Shown here: piece after piece, positions 23,801-35,400 of the stretch
Layout of the letters: each line of letters starts with the position of its first letter
Position numbering within the stretch: position 1 is the first letter of the stretch
Assembly (NCBI GenBank): GCA_964200185.2
Contig: CAXNAD020000030.1
Span: forward strand, 1-41,584
Length of the DNA: 41,584 nt
DNA from: Choristocarpus tenellus KU-1152
Lineage: Eukaryota > Protista > Phaeophyceae
Reading direction: 5' to 3'
Position numbers and translations under genes: made by a program
The notes under the pieces: model-generated
What the model saw: the letters and a program-made list of their open reading frames with translations, nothing else
Database searches by the model: none
Told to the model about the DNA's origin: nothing

Positions 23801-26790
23801 CAAAGAGGAGCAAGCACACCAAACATAACCCAAACCTCAAGCCTTGCTCTCACTCAAACCCCCCACCCCCTGGCATTAACAGTTGTGCTTAAGCAGTAGC
23901 AGCATGAATCAATCAAATCGGATGAACATGTTCCATGGGTTTTGCCTTGGCAACACGTACCTTAACCCTCAACCCTAACCCTATCCCAGGGTCTCACATA
24001 GCAAAACAGATATTTTCTTAACCATACAGCTAAAAAATAGTTGTAAGTAAAGCCTACTATTAACAATACTGTACTAGCTGGTCAGTGATAAGAACAACCA
24101 TCCCTAACCCTAGCCCTAAACCTTGAATTGTGCAAACAATTAGAAAAGAGAATGTAGCCCTTAGGTGTAGTTGAGGAGGTCGATTTTCGGTTAGGGTTAA
24201 TGTTAGGGTAACCCTAAACTCAGGTCAACTGAAGTATGATCACAGTTATTGGTGTCGGCATCAAACACTCAGGTAAGGAACAACAAGAGCTCCATGGCCC
24301 ATCTTGAAATGGCAATCCAAATGCAACATTATGTTTCAACCAAATGTGGAGTCTAGAATAACAGATTAGCTTTAGAGCTCAACACATAGCATTCATCAGG
24401 TTCAATTTAGTTTCACTTTAGTTTCTGATAATAAGTGTGGAATTCCAAAAGATGATCTCAATCCAGGCAAAAATCTTACCAATCCTCTGTTTCCTTTTTC
24501 AACAACTCAATCAAGTGCACAAGCTGCACTCACAGCATTCATTGATTCAATAAAAAATGCTGTGGTAATCAATTATACACCAACAAAAGTGACGAGAGCG
24601 CTATGGGTGCCTGTGAATAGTCCCAGTCTCAGACAGGACCCAGGTAGAAACTGCACCAATATCTGCTGGCACCTGCAGTCAAGCCCTTCAACATACCCAC
24701 TAAAAGGCCTTAATGCATGCACTGCCCTACAGTCCCGGTCTCAGACAAGAGTTAAGGAACCACTGTAACAATCATCTGCAGGTAATTGTAGGCCATCCCC
24801 AACAAATTCAACCCACAAGGACTTGCATTCAGTGTGAAAAATATGCATAATGTGTAATTGATGCCAACATTGAGGGGCAAGGATTATGGTCAGTCTAGAG
24901 GGGATTGCATAGAAATTGCATCTCCACGGTTTAATGGGATAAATGGTATCTCATAGTAATGGTATCTCATAGTAGTGGTATCTCATAGTAGTGGTATCTC
25001 ATAGTAGTGCTAACCCTAACCCTAAGTGAGTGCTGGTTTCCACACCACACTTCCTGCACATCAACATCAATACTATGCAAATCATGTGTAGAGTGGTTAC
25101 ACAAAGAAACATGTGTTTCCAATTTGAGCACTGCAGGCCATCGTGAACGAATGACACACACCTGAGTTGTGACAACATCATCCAGGAGCCCACAGTCCAC
25201 AATAGAGTCAGCACAAGATTGAGTGAGCTGCGGGATATCCCCACTCAAATCAAGCAACTCAAAACGAAGCTTCCTGTCATCAGATAGTACATCGAATCAA
25301 GGACAACAACAAAGAATGCACATCTAAGGGAAACATCAAAGTGAGGCAATCAAAGACAGTTGACAAAAACTAACCCTAACCCTAATCCCCATTCTACACT
25401 CGCAATGGTAGTCAACATCGACACAGTATACTTTGCAATTTCAGCACCAAAGTGCTTCTCATCCTCCACCATAGTATCTAACAGGAACATGGAATTACTC
25501 ACAAGACAACCCTTTTCTCTCATCACCTTTTTCGTTGTGATTCTTTTTTTGTCCGTCACATTTTCTGTTTGGATTCAAGAGTCAATTCAGGCACACAGGC
25601 TACATCTCTCTTGTGGAATAATGTGATTCAAGTTTCCATAGGCCCCTTGTCCTTCACAAATGGGGAACTATGGCTTACTTTTATTTTTCATTCCACATGT
25701 CCACATCATTTCAAAGCAGGGGACAGGACTAGGGTTATGACGCCTCATCGTTCTCGCTTACCCATTAGCAACATTCTGTGCGCAAACAGGGTCGGCTTCT
25801 GCTGCTGCCTTGAGGGTGTCAATCCTTGCAGCATCATAGTCGACACATCGGATGTTTCCACCGCGTCTGCACAGACACCACAGCACGGCAGTAGGAAGGG
25901 TATATCGCAGACACAGATAAAATGCGATACTTCAAAAAGGAGCAGTTGAAGTTACAACGAGCAACACAATAGGACAATCCACGGTCTACAGTGGCACAGC
26001 ACTGACACATATATGCCACGGCCCTTACATCACAGCGAACACCAGCAGCATATTAGGACAACGAAGAGCATCGATGTGCACATTGAGATGACCTAGGCCA
26101 TGTGTCTGTAAAAACTACGAATCCGTATAACTAGGAATTCGACGAGCAGCTGAATTCAAGCGTGCAAAATTGTCCTATCCTCGGGGTGGGTGGGGATTTG
26201 TACCATTAGCATACCTTCTAGTGAAACTTGATGAGTAGTGAAGGGCAGCTGGAAACACTACTTACAGGCCTTCAACATCGTACAACTTTGGGGAACTCAC
26301 ACAGTACCATAGCCGTCACGGCTGAGCTGTAGGGGAATGTCGGTGCCGCAGCCATAGATGAGGATCTGGTCTGGTGGTTGCACATGCTCTCTCAGGAAGG
26401 GAATAATATCGGCGTATGGAAGATTATCAAGCTTTCCCCGAGGAGTATAACATGCGTGGTGTGGACCAGACAGTCAAAGGAACAGACCTTCGTGAGGTAC
26501 GACAAGCGGATGCTTTCATGTTATTTGACTTCATGGGACAAGAATAGAGCCTTGCTAAACGAGTGCAACATAGCCTGAAACCTACTCAGGAATACCTCTA
26601 GGGCTGTGCCAGCCATGAACGTTGAGGTTGACGTCCTAGTTGCGGTCCTAGACACCCATCGGTTTGACCATGATTGGGTCGAGGTAGCGGAATGTCCACC
26701 AACCCTGACTCCAAATCCTTTAGCGCCATTTCCCATAATCAAAGCTAAAGTAGCAAACAGAGCATATCGTCGACCAGAGGAAGAGGGCAT
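20862..26790 (-). CDS. Plastid-targeted class I SAM-dependent methyltransferase-like protein (METTL13/EEF1AKMT4/CSKMT-like), about 269 aa, 6 exons
   Basis: Minus-strand exons 26790-26596, 26431-26301, 25866-25762, 25273-25162, 23108-22989 and 21008-20862, with consistent phases. The N-terminal hydrophobic signal (YALFATLALIMG..AKG-F) is followed by a Ser/Thr/Arg-rich transit peptide. Motif I is ILIYGCGT, post-I is IRCVDYD, and ADSIVDCGLLDDV resembles the FDvviDKGtlD motif. Confidence 0.8.
21030..21359. repeat. Minisatellite, 19-bp unit (aacaagaaacaaaattagt), about 17 copies, ending in a telomeric tract
   Basis: Tandem array immediately upstream (minus strand) of the methyltransferase last-exon acceptor at 21009-21010. 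Confidence 0.95.
22584..22915. repeat. Minisatellite, 36-37-bp AT-rich unit (atataaaataccttatttaatgaaactgtactattct), about 9 copies
   Basis: Tandem near-identical units with no spacers, inside a methyltransferase intron. Confidence 0.95.
24944..25008. repeat. 16-bp tandem repeat (tggtatctcatagtag), 4 copies, abutting a CCCTAA tract
   Basis: Direct reading. Confidence 0.85.
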
Positions 26791-27127
26791 ACCTCCAGAA
26801 GTGCAAGGAATGCAGTGGGTTTCTGTGTACGATAATCAACAACATTGTGACATATTTGTGTTTTTACAAAACATGGAAGGCCGTTTCGTGGTGTATGTCT
26901 GTCTGCGTATGTTGAGGACGGGCTAGGGGGAGGCTGAAGGACACACAACACTAGAAACCTAAGAAGGGAAAAGGTGGTGTACGATCGTGAAGCTTACGTC
27001 AGTCCCTCAAGTTCATTACACTTAAACGTCTCCTAGCTTGGAGTGTAGGCTGAACCTCCTCCATCATTGATTTCTGTGAGTGAGGGGGTTGTTGAAGACG
27101 TTGAAGGACTGAACACCACAAATCATC
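26791..27127. promoter_or_regulatory. Putative bidirectional promoter / 5' UTR region between divergent genes
   Basis: Only 337 bp separate the ATG at 26790 (-) from the ATG at 27128 (+). Confidence 0.55.
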
Positions 27128-28360
27128 ATGAAGGCAGCATGTGTCGCGGTCTTCGCGACTTTGGTTGCATCGGGGTCGACATTCGTCATTCCAGGGCCAT
27201 CCAGGGTGATAACTGGTCGTCCAACGCGCACAAGCACTTCCAAGGTGACACGAAATGGCTGTCTGAGTAGTTGCACACGTTTTTACATGTTCAAGTGAGT
27301 TTCGCAATTTTTAGGTTTGTCAGAACCACACCACGCTTTTCCCCAAGATTATTTAAACAGATGTGGTAGGAGTCCTTATTCTTTGTGTCGGTTGCTTCAG
27401 TATGAGACGCAACACTCCCGTCTATCTCTCCACGAGGATGTGTGATGCCCCTGCATAGCAGGAACCAGGTCTCATTCAAAGTTCTTACCGTTTGCGATCA
27501 CAGGACAGGTTAAACTCCCCCAGGACCGTTTCAAGTCATTGGATGCCACAGTCATGATGGCGTGTCTGACAAAACTTGTCTTCTCTTTGTTGCCATCTGT
27601 AACAGGTGTCTGGCCTTCAAATGGGTCGCGGTGACACAAGGACAAAGAAGGGGAAGCGCCATAGGTGGGCTCCATGGATTACCTGGACAATGAATCAATT
27701 TGTGTCGTGCTTGTTCCGTTCGAACGAACGCCATGTTATCCTTTTTCTGTGGAGAAATAGGTCCTTCTATCCTTGAACTGGCTGCTTGCCTCATTACCAT
27801 CTTGCTCTCCATAAAGAAGAAATTCTACCCCGAATGACAATGCAAGTTGCTTGCTGACCAGGCTCTGGGGCTCCAGTTGATAAGGGCATGTTAGTAATAA
27901 GTGTTCCTCTGTAACCGTGTCAGACGAGTCTCCTTAAGAAACCCTTGCCCGTAATTGATGGACCGTGCGATTTTTGCTGTAACGATTGGTTGTATTCCCC
28001 CACAATTCTTATTTCTTCCTTTTATCCTGCAGGCACTCTTTCGGTATCTGCCGGCCACGTAAGCCGGGGCGCAAGGAGGGTGCACCAGTCGCCGAGGCCC
28101 CAGCACCTCGCCCAAAGCTTGGGGACTATGAAATTGACCTCCAGGCTGAGCTGTACGATGCAGACATTCCACGGGACGAGGAGCTGCTTGCCGAGCTTGA
28201 AAAATATGAGCTGGAAGCCAAAAATGCGGTTGTGGAGCCCAAACCGGTACCCGAATTTGTTTGGTCCGACTTCAATGCAGAGCTAGACCCAGACCCTGAG
28301 GACTTGGAGGGGGGGGAGGCTTTTACCGGGGCTGCTGACCAAGCTGAAACTAGTAATTAA
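27128..28360 (+). CDS. PSRP4: Plastid 30S ribosomal protein bTHX (PSRP4/S31, Thx homologue) with acidic C-terminal extension, 167 aa, 3 exons
   Basis: Exons 27128-27244, 27606-27664 and 28033-28360 (GT-AG, phases 0 and 2). The spliced protein has a signal peptide MKAACVAVFATLVASGST-F, a transit peptide, then MGRGDTRTKKGKRHRHSFGICRPRK, which matches the Thx/PSRP4 signature G[RK]GD.[RK]T.[RK]GK....[ST][FY]G..RPR[KN]. Confidence 0.88.
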
Positions 28361-29019
28361 TCGAGAGGGTGGCTTAGAATGAAGGAGGGTGTGTGTGTGG
28401 GGATTGCATGACGGCAGTGAACAGGGCATCTTTAGCTCTTCGATGTTCGCGTTATGTGACGGGCACAGCCTGTTGGCATTTCTCTGCAGTTAGCTTGCGG
28501 TAGAGTATGGTGCTTGCTTTTGCTTTTTTGCTTTTTCTATGATGGAGATTTAGAGTTGGAGACCCAGAATTACAAGGTGCAATAGTTTAGAAAGAAAACA
28601 TTTGTTTGGAAGTTAGGGGAGAACAAATACAAATGTGTCTTGGACTATACAACAGAACGTGCACCTCCTGGGGGGGTGTCAGTTAAGAGGTGGGTGGTCA
28701 CCTTTATTTAGAAGGCTGACTGTACTTGACATTTTCAAAGAGTGCATATTCAGGTTCTTTGAGCTACATGCAGCAACCAGTCACATAAATCCTCCAAATA
28801 TATTTCACAGAAAAAGGACAAATTTTGCGTAACTGACATTTTCGTATCTTGCATACAAGAGAATGTTCCTACTCTGTGTTAGGGTTAGTGTTAGCAGTGT
28901 ACACTAGTCACATGCAAATAAGTCATGTAACCCTAACCCTAGATAGCTTTAATAATGTCTATTGTATTGCATGATTGACCCATATATCTGCCTCCCATGT
29001 TCCACCATATATTTTCGTA

Positions 29020-30572
29020 TGCTGTGATTAAGGATTTATCCGATGTTACAGACCTTGGTAAGCCTATTAGAATTAGGTGAAGTAGATCCTGCTGCTGTTA
29101 CGAAACCTTCTGTCGAGGATGTCTTGAATTGCAGAGTAAAACATGCCTCAATTACATTGAGGGTTAGGGTTAGATTGAGGCACACAAGCACAGTTTGTCC
29201 CTCAATTAAATTAAATGATCTGACCCAGAACCCACCAACTTTTATGTTGTTACTGGGTCTGCTTTGAAGCCTTATCTGAGCTACCTCTCCAATTCTAAAC
29301 TAGTTACGGTTAGGGTTATCATTAGAGTGCAGTGTATTACCAAGAGGTTGAGCCCTGCTTGGTAATGTACTTGGAAGGCATCTTTAGAAGCGAATTTGTT
29401 TCTTAGAAGATCACACCAGTTTTATTGAAGAGTTTCATCACACCGTAAACCCTAATGTTTCAAATCGTAGATAGTAGTACTTGAAAAATTCAATAAGAGT
29501 CTCTTCCACAGAAGGAGGTACTACTGGTGCTTTTGTGCAAAGAACCTGCACCACACCCACAGAGTATCCATGTATGTGTATGCTTTTTAACCTATGGTGA
29601 TTGCAAGCTGTGAAGCCATGCATTTGTTGGTTCTGGGTGTCCTGACTGCAGAGGAAGTCGCATCTTCTTCTAACTGGAACATAATCGATGCTGCTGTCTG
29701 CTTGACAAACTTACTATCGACATTGTTGAAAGCGATATTACTGCACTACCAAAGAAGTACAATAACTAGAAAATACTTATAATTGCAGGTAGGGGGAAAT
29801 ATTTACTTAACCTCTGGAGGACAGCGATCAAAGGAGGTGGTCAATTTGAGAAAGTCCTCCATTGTATGCAGTCTCGAAAACATCAAACCTTGATGGGGCC
29901 TAGTTCAGTACAATGTATCGACACACAAGTAGTAGTAGGTGTAAGAAATCGCATTAGAAATGCATTAGTTTTGCATCTAGAATATTGGAGAAACAGGGAA
30001 AATCATGAAATATTATATTTTTCAGTTGTTTCCTGTCTACAGAATAATGATGACCTCTAATGTACATGTACGTACATAAACCTAATTTTAATTTTTTGTT
30101 TGTCTTTAGATGGTGCAGACTGTTCCCACTGGGGCTTATTCTTGGGATCCTACTTACAAAGCCAGAGGAGGCTGGTCAATAATGGCCTGAAATTTGGACT
30201 CTGGATTCTTTGTAAGGAAAATGATTGATGCCCTGTCAAGACAAGGATGTCTTTGGGTTAGATGGGTCCCTATGACCGCCTTGTGGTAGATGTATTTTGA
30301 GTAACATGGAGGGCCCTGCTGTTAACCATGTGTTCACGCCTAATCCTCTCTATTATGCCTACACCATCCAAAGCGTTATTGACTGCATCTCAGGCATGGG
30401 TGTGGAGAATATATTGCATGAGCTTCAAGGTCTTAATTCAAGACTCAAGAGGACCAAAATCGACCTTGCTCTTCAAAGGTTTTACTCTGTCTTTCTTCAG
30501 AATGCACCAGATAAGCCATGTAGTGTGCTGTTCATTGGGCCGCAGTTGAAGGAGCAACTACAAATGGTTTAG
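29020..30572 (+). pseudogene. Decayed coding-like sequence, possibly a DNA-transposase relic
   Basis: Several broken ORF pieces on + (LQTLVSLLELGEVDP..., YSWDPTYKA, VENILHELQGLNSRLKRTKIDL..RFY) are interrupted by stops, frameshifts and telomeric inserts. The family cannot be identified with confidence. Confidence 0.25.
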
Positions 30573-32476
30573 GGTTAGGGTTAATTGTGCAATCTGCAGT
30601 AGTATCAAGATGTTGAGGTTGGCAGTCTTCCTACAACAGTCGATTTTAAAAATTGAGGATGGAGCTTTTCGAGGATGACATTAAAAAAAAAACATATCGA
30701 CACTTTATCCCAGTCAAGTTTGGGTCAAGTCCATCCTCAATGAAAAGCTCCCTCCATTTTTGAAATTGGCTGTTCTACGGAGTGGGATGTGCATGTATTA
30801 TTTATCTCCAGAAAGACCAAGAACACTATTTCCTCCTTGAAACCCATACCTCTATTCACTGTTAGCTGTGTTTCTTCATCCAAGGGCAAGAAACATAGTC
30901 AAATTCACTCTAGTGTAGCATCAGATATACATCAAAGAAATGGCAATACGAGACACTCCGCATTTACTAAATTAGCACTTCATCCTTCCAGAGGGTACAA
31001 ACAATATCCAGCAAATATTTCAGATGGACTTGCATTAGTATTGGTGCAGCTTCATGAGCACATTTGATATCAATACAAACAAGGGTTGCAATGTTCTGAC
31101 TGCTCTCTGCAATTCAGGAAAAAATGGAACAATTTCGAGTAATTATTGCCATGCCATAAACCAAACACATCATCAGGAAACGCTCAAGCATCTAGAGTAC
31201 AAAACAACACCAAACTTATACACCAACAGTTAATCAGTTAGTTCACTCTCTTCTACTTGCAGGGTACACTTCCTCTTGCATCCAAGAAGCTAATTTTTAT
31301 CAATACAAAAAAATTTCACAAAGAAAAAACCGGTGGGCGGATAAGTAGGGTCGTGCACAAACAGGCGGGACAAGTGGTCCCTCAACCATCATGCACAAAG
31401 CACAGGAGATAAAACTTCATCACCCCACTACTTTCAGTTCAACACACAACCGCTTGCATACAGTTTCCCATTTCTCCTGCAAGGTATGCTCATCAACTCC
31501 CATACAAAGTGATATTGTTGTGAAACTTCAAAAATTGTGAGATACACTACACCACAATACAAATATTTCGCCTCATGGGCTCTGTGAAGGTGCATGTTAT
31601 GCACTCTTAGCTTCACTATGAACTGCACAGACATCATCCCTTTTGCACCTTACTTCAAAAATAGAGGGGATGGTATCAAGGAAGCCCACACAACAGATTG
31701 GGCAATGGAATACCCTTGAGAAAAATCTTTCACATTTAAACAATACTGGCACAAGGGGGAAATACAAGTTTTCTACAATAAAAACATGCAGCGTTAGGGT
31801 CAGGGTTAGCCACAATTGCTTCCTACTCCCCTACTAACCCCTAAATTCCTAAAAACCTTTGTCACCTACAATGCAACCTCTCTAGTCAAGTCCAATGTGA
31901 AAGAGGAAAATCAACAAAAGACTGCCCCAGACTCATTCCATGCATCTAGTCACCAATAGAGTTGCAAGAGCACCACTTCAAGCACAGGATGGCTCAAACA
32001 GGATGGCTCAAACTGCATGTGAAGAGATCGGGCAACCAATTAACTACAAACTCTGTGATCTCCTAAGCATAACCTTAACCCTGTCCCAAGACTGTGGTGA
32101 AGGACGTAATGCAAAAGGCAACAATTCATCACCTCATATTTGGTTCACATTGATCCGAAGGATCCACCAGCAAACCCTAACCCTGACTTCAAAATCCTCA
32201 CAGTGGAATCCATCACACCATAAACACTCACCATATAACTGGATCAATAATACATCATTAGCAAATACTCCAGTAACAAATGCTCTACCAGACCGACTCC
32301 TTTCCAAGTGTCAAACTGGGGTACATCCCCAGAAGGGAGAACAGCATTTTTAAAAACTACCCCTCATCAAAAGAGGCAGGGAATAACGAAAAATAATGTA
32401 AGAATCTTGAATTACCCCACCAGATGGCAGAAAACGTTTGACTTAACACATGTATACAGGGTTAGTGTCAGCCACA

Positions 32477-35400
32477 TCAGACTGCAAATCCCATTGAAAA
32501 GGCTAAGGATCTCTCCATATCATGCCGAGTGTTGTGCCTCCCATGGGCATCACAGGCAGATGCAACAGCTCTCCTCAGACAGGCCTCCATGGCCACTTGA
32601 TCGCCCTCTACAGTTAGTGTCCCTAACAAAAGCAATACACCTGCAAAATGGTGACAAGCGAAATTATACATTCAGAGCAAGGCAGGGGGGGGGGGGAGTG
32701 ACAAGCAATATAAATATAATTATTTATCATCATGATCAGTATGTGATAAATATAAGAATGAGAGACAAGGAATACAATACGGTAGGGAAGTCAACATCCC
32801 ATCAATACAACAGCATCCAATCTATACATGTCACATTGAGTCAATGGGACTTGTTCCACCTAAATTATTGCATGACTCAAGAGCGCTTCCTTGTGTTGTA
32901 ATGTTGAAACTATCAAGGTTAGGGTTAGGGATTGCACACCCATACATACGATGAGGTTCATTTGGTAGGTGTGTCATATTTTCCATTGTCAAAGTTGTAA
33001 TACACAAAAAATGTCTCTTTGTATGTAGTACAAACAACTTTGTGTTGTGCACCTAACCCTAACCCTAACCATCATTCTGGCAACACCCGTGCAGAGTTGG
33101 TTCACACCAGGTACAACTCAGTTGCCCCACCTTGGAAGGGTTTTTCTCCTGTCCAAAAGCTCTAGCTCTCAACATAACCCACTTTATAAAAAGAAAAAGA
33201 GCTGTTCTCCACTATCACAATAAGAACATCTGAGGACTACGATCATTGAAATATCTTGTCGAAACAAACTCCTCCCCAACAGCCCAATTAGAGCTCATCC
33301 TTGTACATTACTGCAGTATCACTAGTACTTGAAAGAGTATTAGATGAGACCCTTCTAAAGGGTACAGTCAGGGACACAAAAAGCTTGTACTAAGAGTTGT
33401 ATACACGCAGAATCATGTGCATATACAGTCTTCTTCATGCCAACACCATGTAGAGCACTTTGCTATGGTTCCACTAACCTGCAATTGCCCAGAAGACCAG
33501 GCTAACATTGAACATCCCCACACCCTTCTCCACTTCACTACCTAAGGCTGTCAAAATTCCCCGTGAGAGACTTGGACCAATAGTGAGTCCAATATTTGTG
33601 GCGAAGTGAGCCATTCCCAGCAAGGCGCCTCTCACTTCTGGAACATTAGTGTTCATCAGCTGCAGGGAGGGATGGGTAGACAGTTCAATCTCATTGTATT
33701 CATCGCATTCATTGTATTCATTGTATTTCAATCTCATTGTATTTCAAGAAACACAACTATTTTCTTGTTCATATTTTGGCACCAATTCTTTCTAATTCTT
33801 GAAGAAAGTATCCCAACATCAAATTCTACAACAGCAAAAATATATAAGAACATTTGATCACATCGTTCATTGAAAAATTCACGATTTTTTTCAGTCAAAA
33901 ACCTGAACCCTAACCCTAACAAGGGCATAACATTGATCCCTAGTGCTCTCAGGTAATCATGTCGACAACTTGCCTAGTCACACCTAAGCATCACCCACTA
34001 CCTATGTCAACGATTTTTTAAAAGTCTTGCAGCATCCTTTGGTGATTTGATTTAGTCTTGTCACTGCTCCACTAAAAATCAGGTTTCGATCCCCAGATGC
34101 ATGGGAGCATTAATTGCCCCCATGCATCCCAACAGACTCACCACACATACTTCACCAAACTCTCTTATCAATCACAGTATCACAGTTCAAGTTGATAAAA
34201 CTTTACTCATTTCAAATCAACATTTTCGTCTGAGCTGGGGTTAGGGTAGATAGGCAAGATCAGTCAGGTCACAATGCTGCGCATCATCTGTCTCTGAGGT
34301 TGCATCAAGAAGAGGACTGGACCAAAGGAAGGTATACCTTATCCTCACATTTCTTATTCAAGAGAGGTACAAAATGATCCAAAACGAAACTGACTTGTCA
34401 GAATAGGACTGAAGGACCACACACAATGGCTGTGATTTTGTACAATGCACTGAGTTGTACCCTCTTTGGTCCCTGGAATGTGCGGGTATACCCCATGCCA
34501 TTTACTACACTGATCTCGTACCCTTTGTTGGTCTTTGGTGACACACAACAGTACCCTTTTCTGGCTGAAGATCACAAGGTTTGCACATGAAGAACCTACG
34601 TAGCAGGTGCCTACTACATGGAATCTACTACATGGAATCTACTACATGGAATCTACTACGTGGAATCTGCTACATGAAATCTCTTCCCCAAACTTCTGAA
34701 ATTGTGTCAATAGCGATTGATTATTCTGATATACTTCACACTAATTTAGAACTGAACCACAGGGATGCTGTTGGGAATTTATTGTCCCTGTGAGAATTGA
34801 GAAGATTCTAATTCTTGTTAGCAATGACAGCAATGTACTGACTTCATTTAATGTGACATACTACACAAGGAAGACTTGCCGAGATATGAGAGTCTAAGAA
34901 AGCATGAAAATACTACACTTCCTCAGTCCAGCATGACTTAGAACAGATACATCTATAACACCCGTATAACACATCTATAACATCTTGAACATTTCTCCCA
35001 CAAATAGCTTCAACTGATACTGAACATAGGAAGATATTACTACTGTTACTATAATTAATGAGGCAGTTGTAGTGTATCTACACTGGACACCACACATTTC
35101 ACACTTAAATCACAAAGGTATAGATGTTGTGTTTTTGAATTTTCATAAAAACCTTTCTCCTCTGAGCAAAACTCTTTGTTGACCTTCCAAAATAGGAAGT
35201 GAGTTTAACTTCACCCCTCAGATGTCACTATTAAAATATTATTAATAAATTACATGTAAAGATTAAGGACTGGGAAGTTCTCAGCTAAGTGGCAACAAGA
35301 TCTTGAATTTGACAAGACCCGTCCAGAACATCATCTAAAGTCAGCACAACACGTAAGTCCAATTCCTATATCCCCTTTCAGTCCAAATACTTAGAAGTGT

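Noticed and set aside
27245-27836. Alternative donor at 27295 and exon-like 27762-27836 (PSILELAAC...)
   Set aside because: The 27295 donor is out of phase with the Thx-coding exon, and the 27762 segment gives early stops; only 27244>27606 and 27664>28033 rebuild the Thx motif.
31940-32901. Plus-strand ORFs of 137 and 197 aa
   Set aside because: No recognisable motifs, they contain telomere-derived LTLT, and they overlap the MFS last exon and 3' UTR in antisense.
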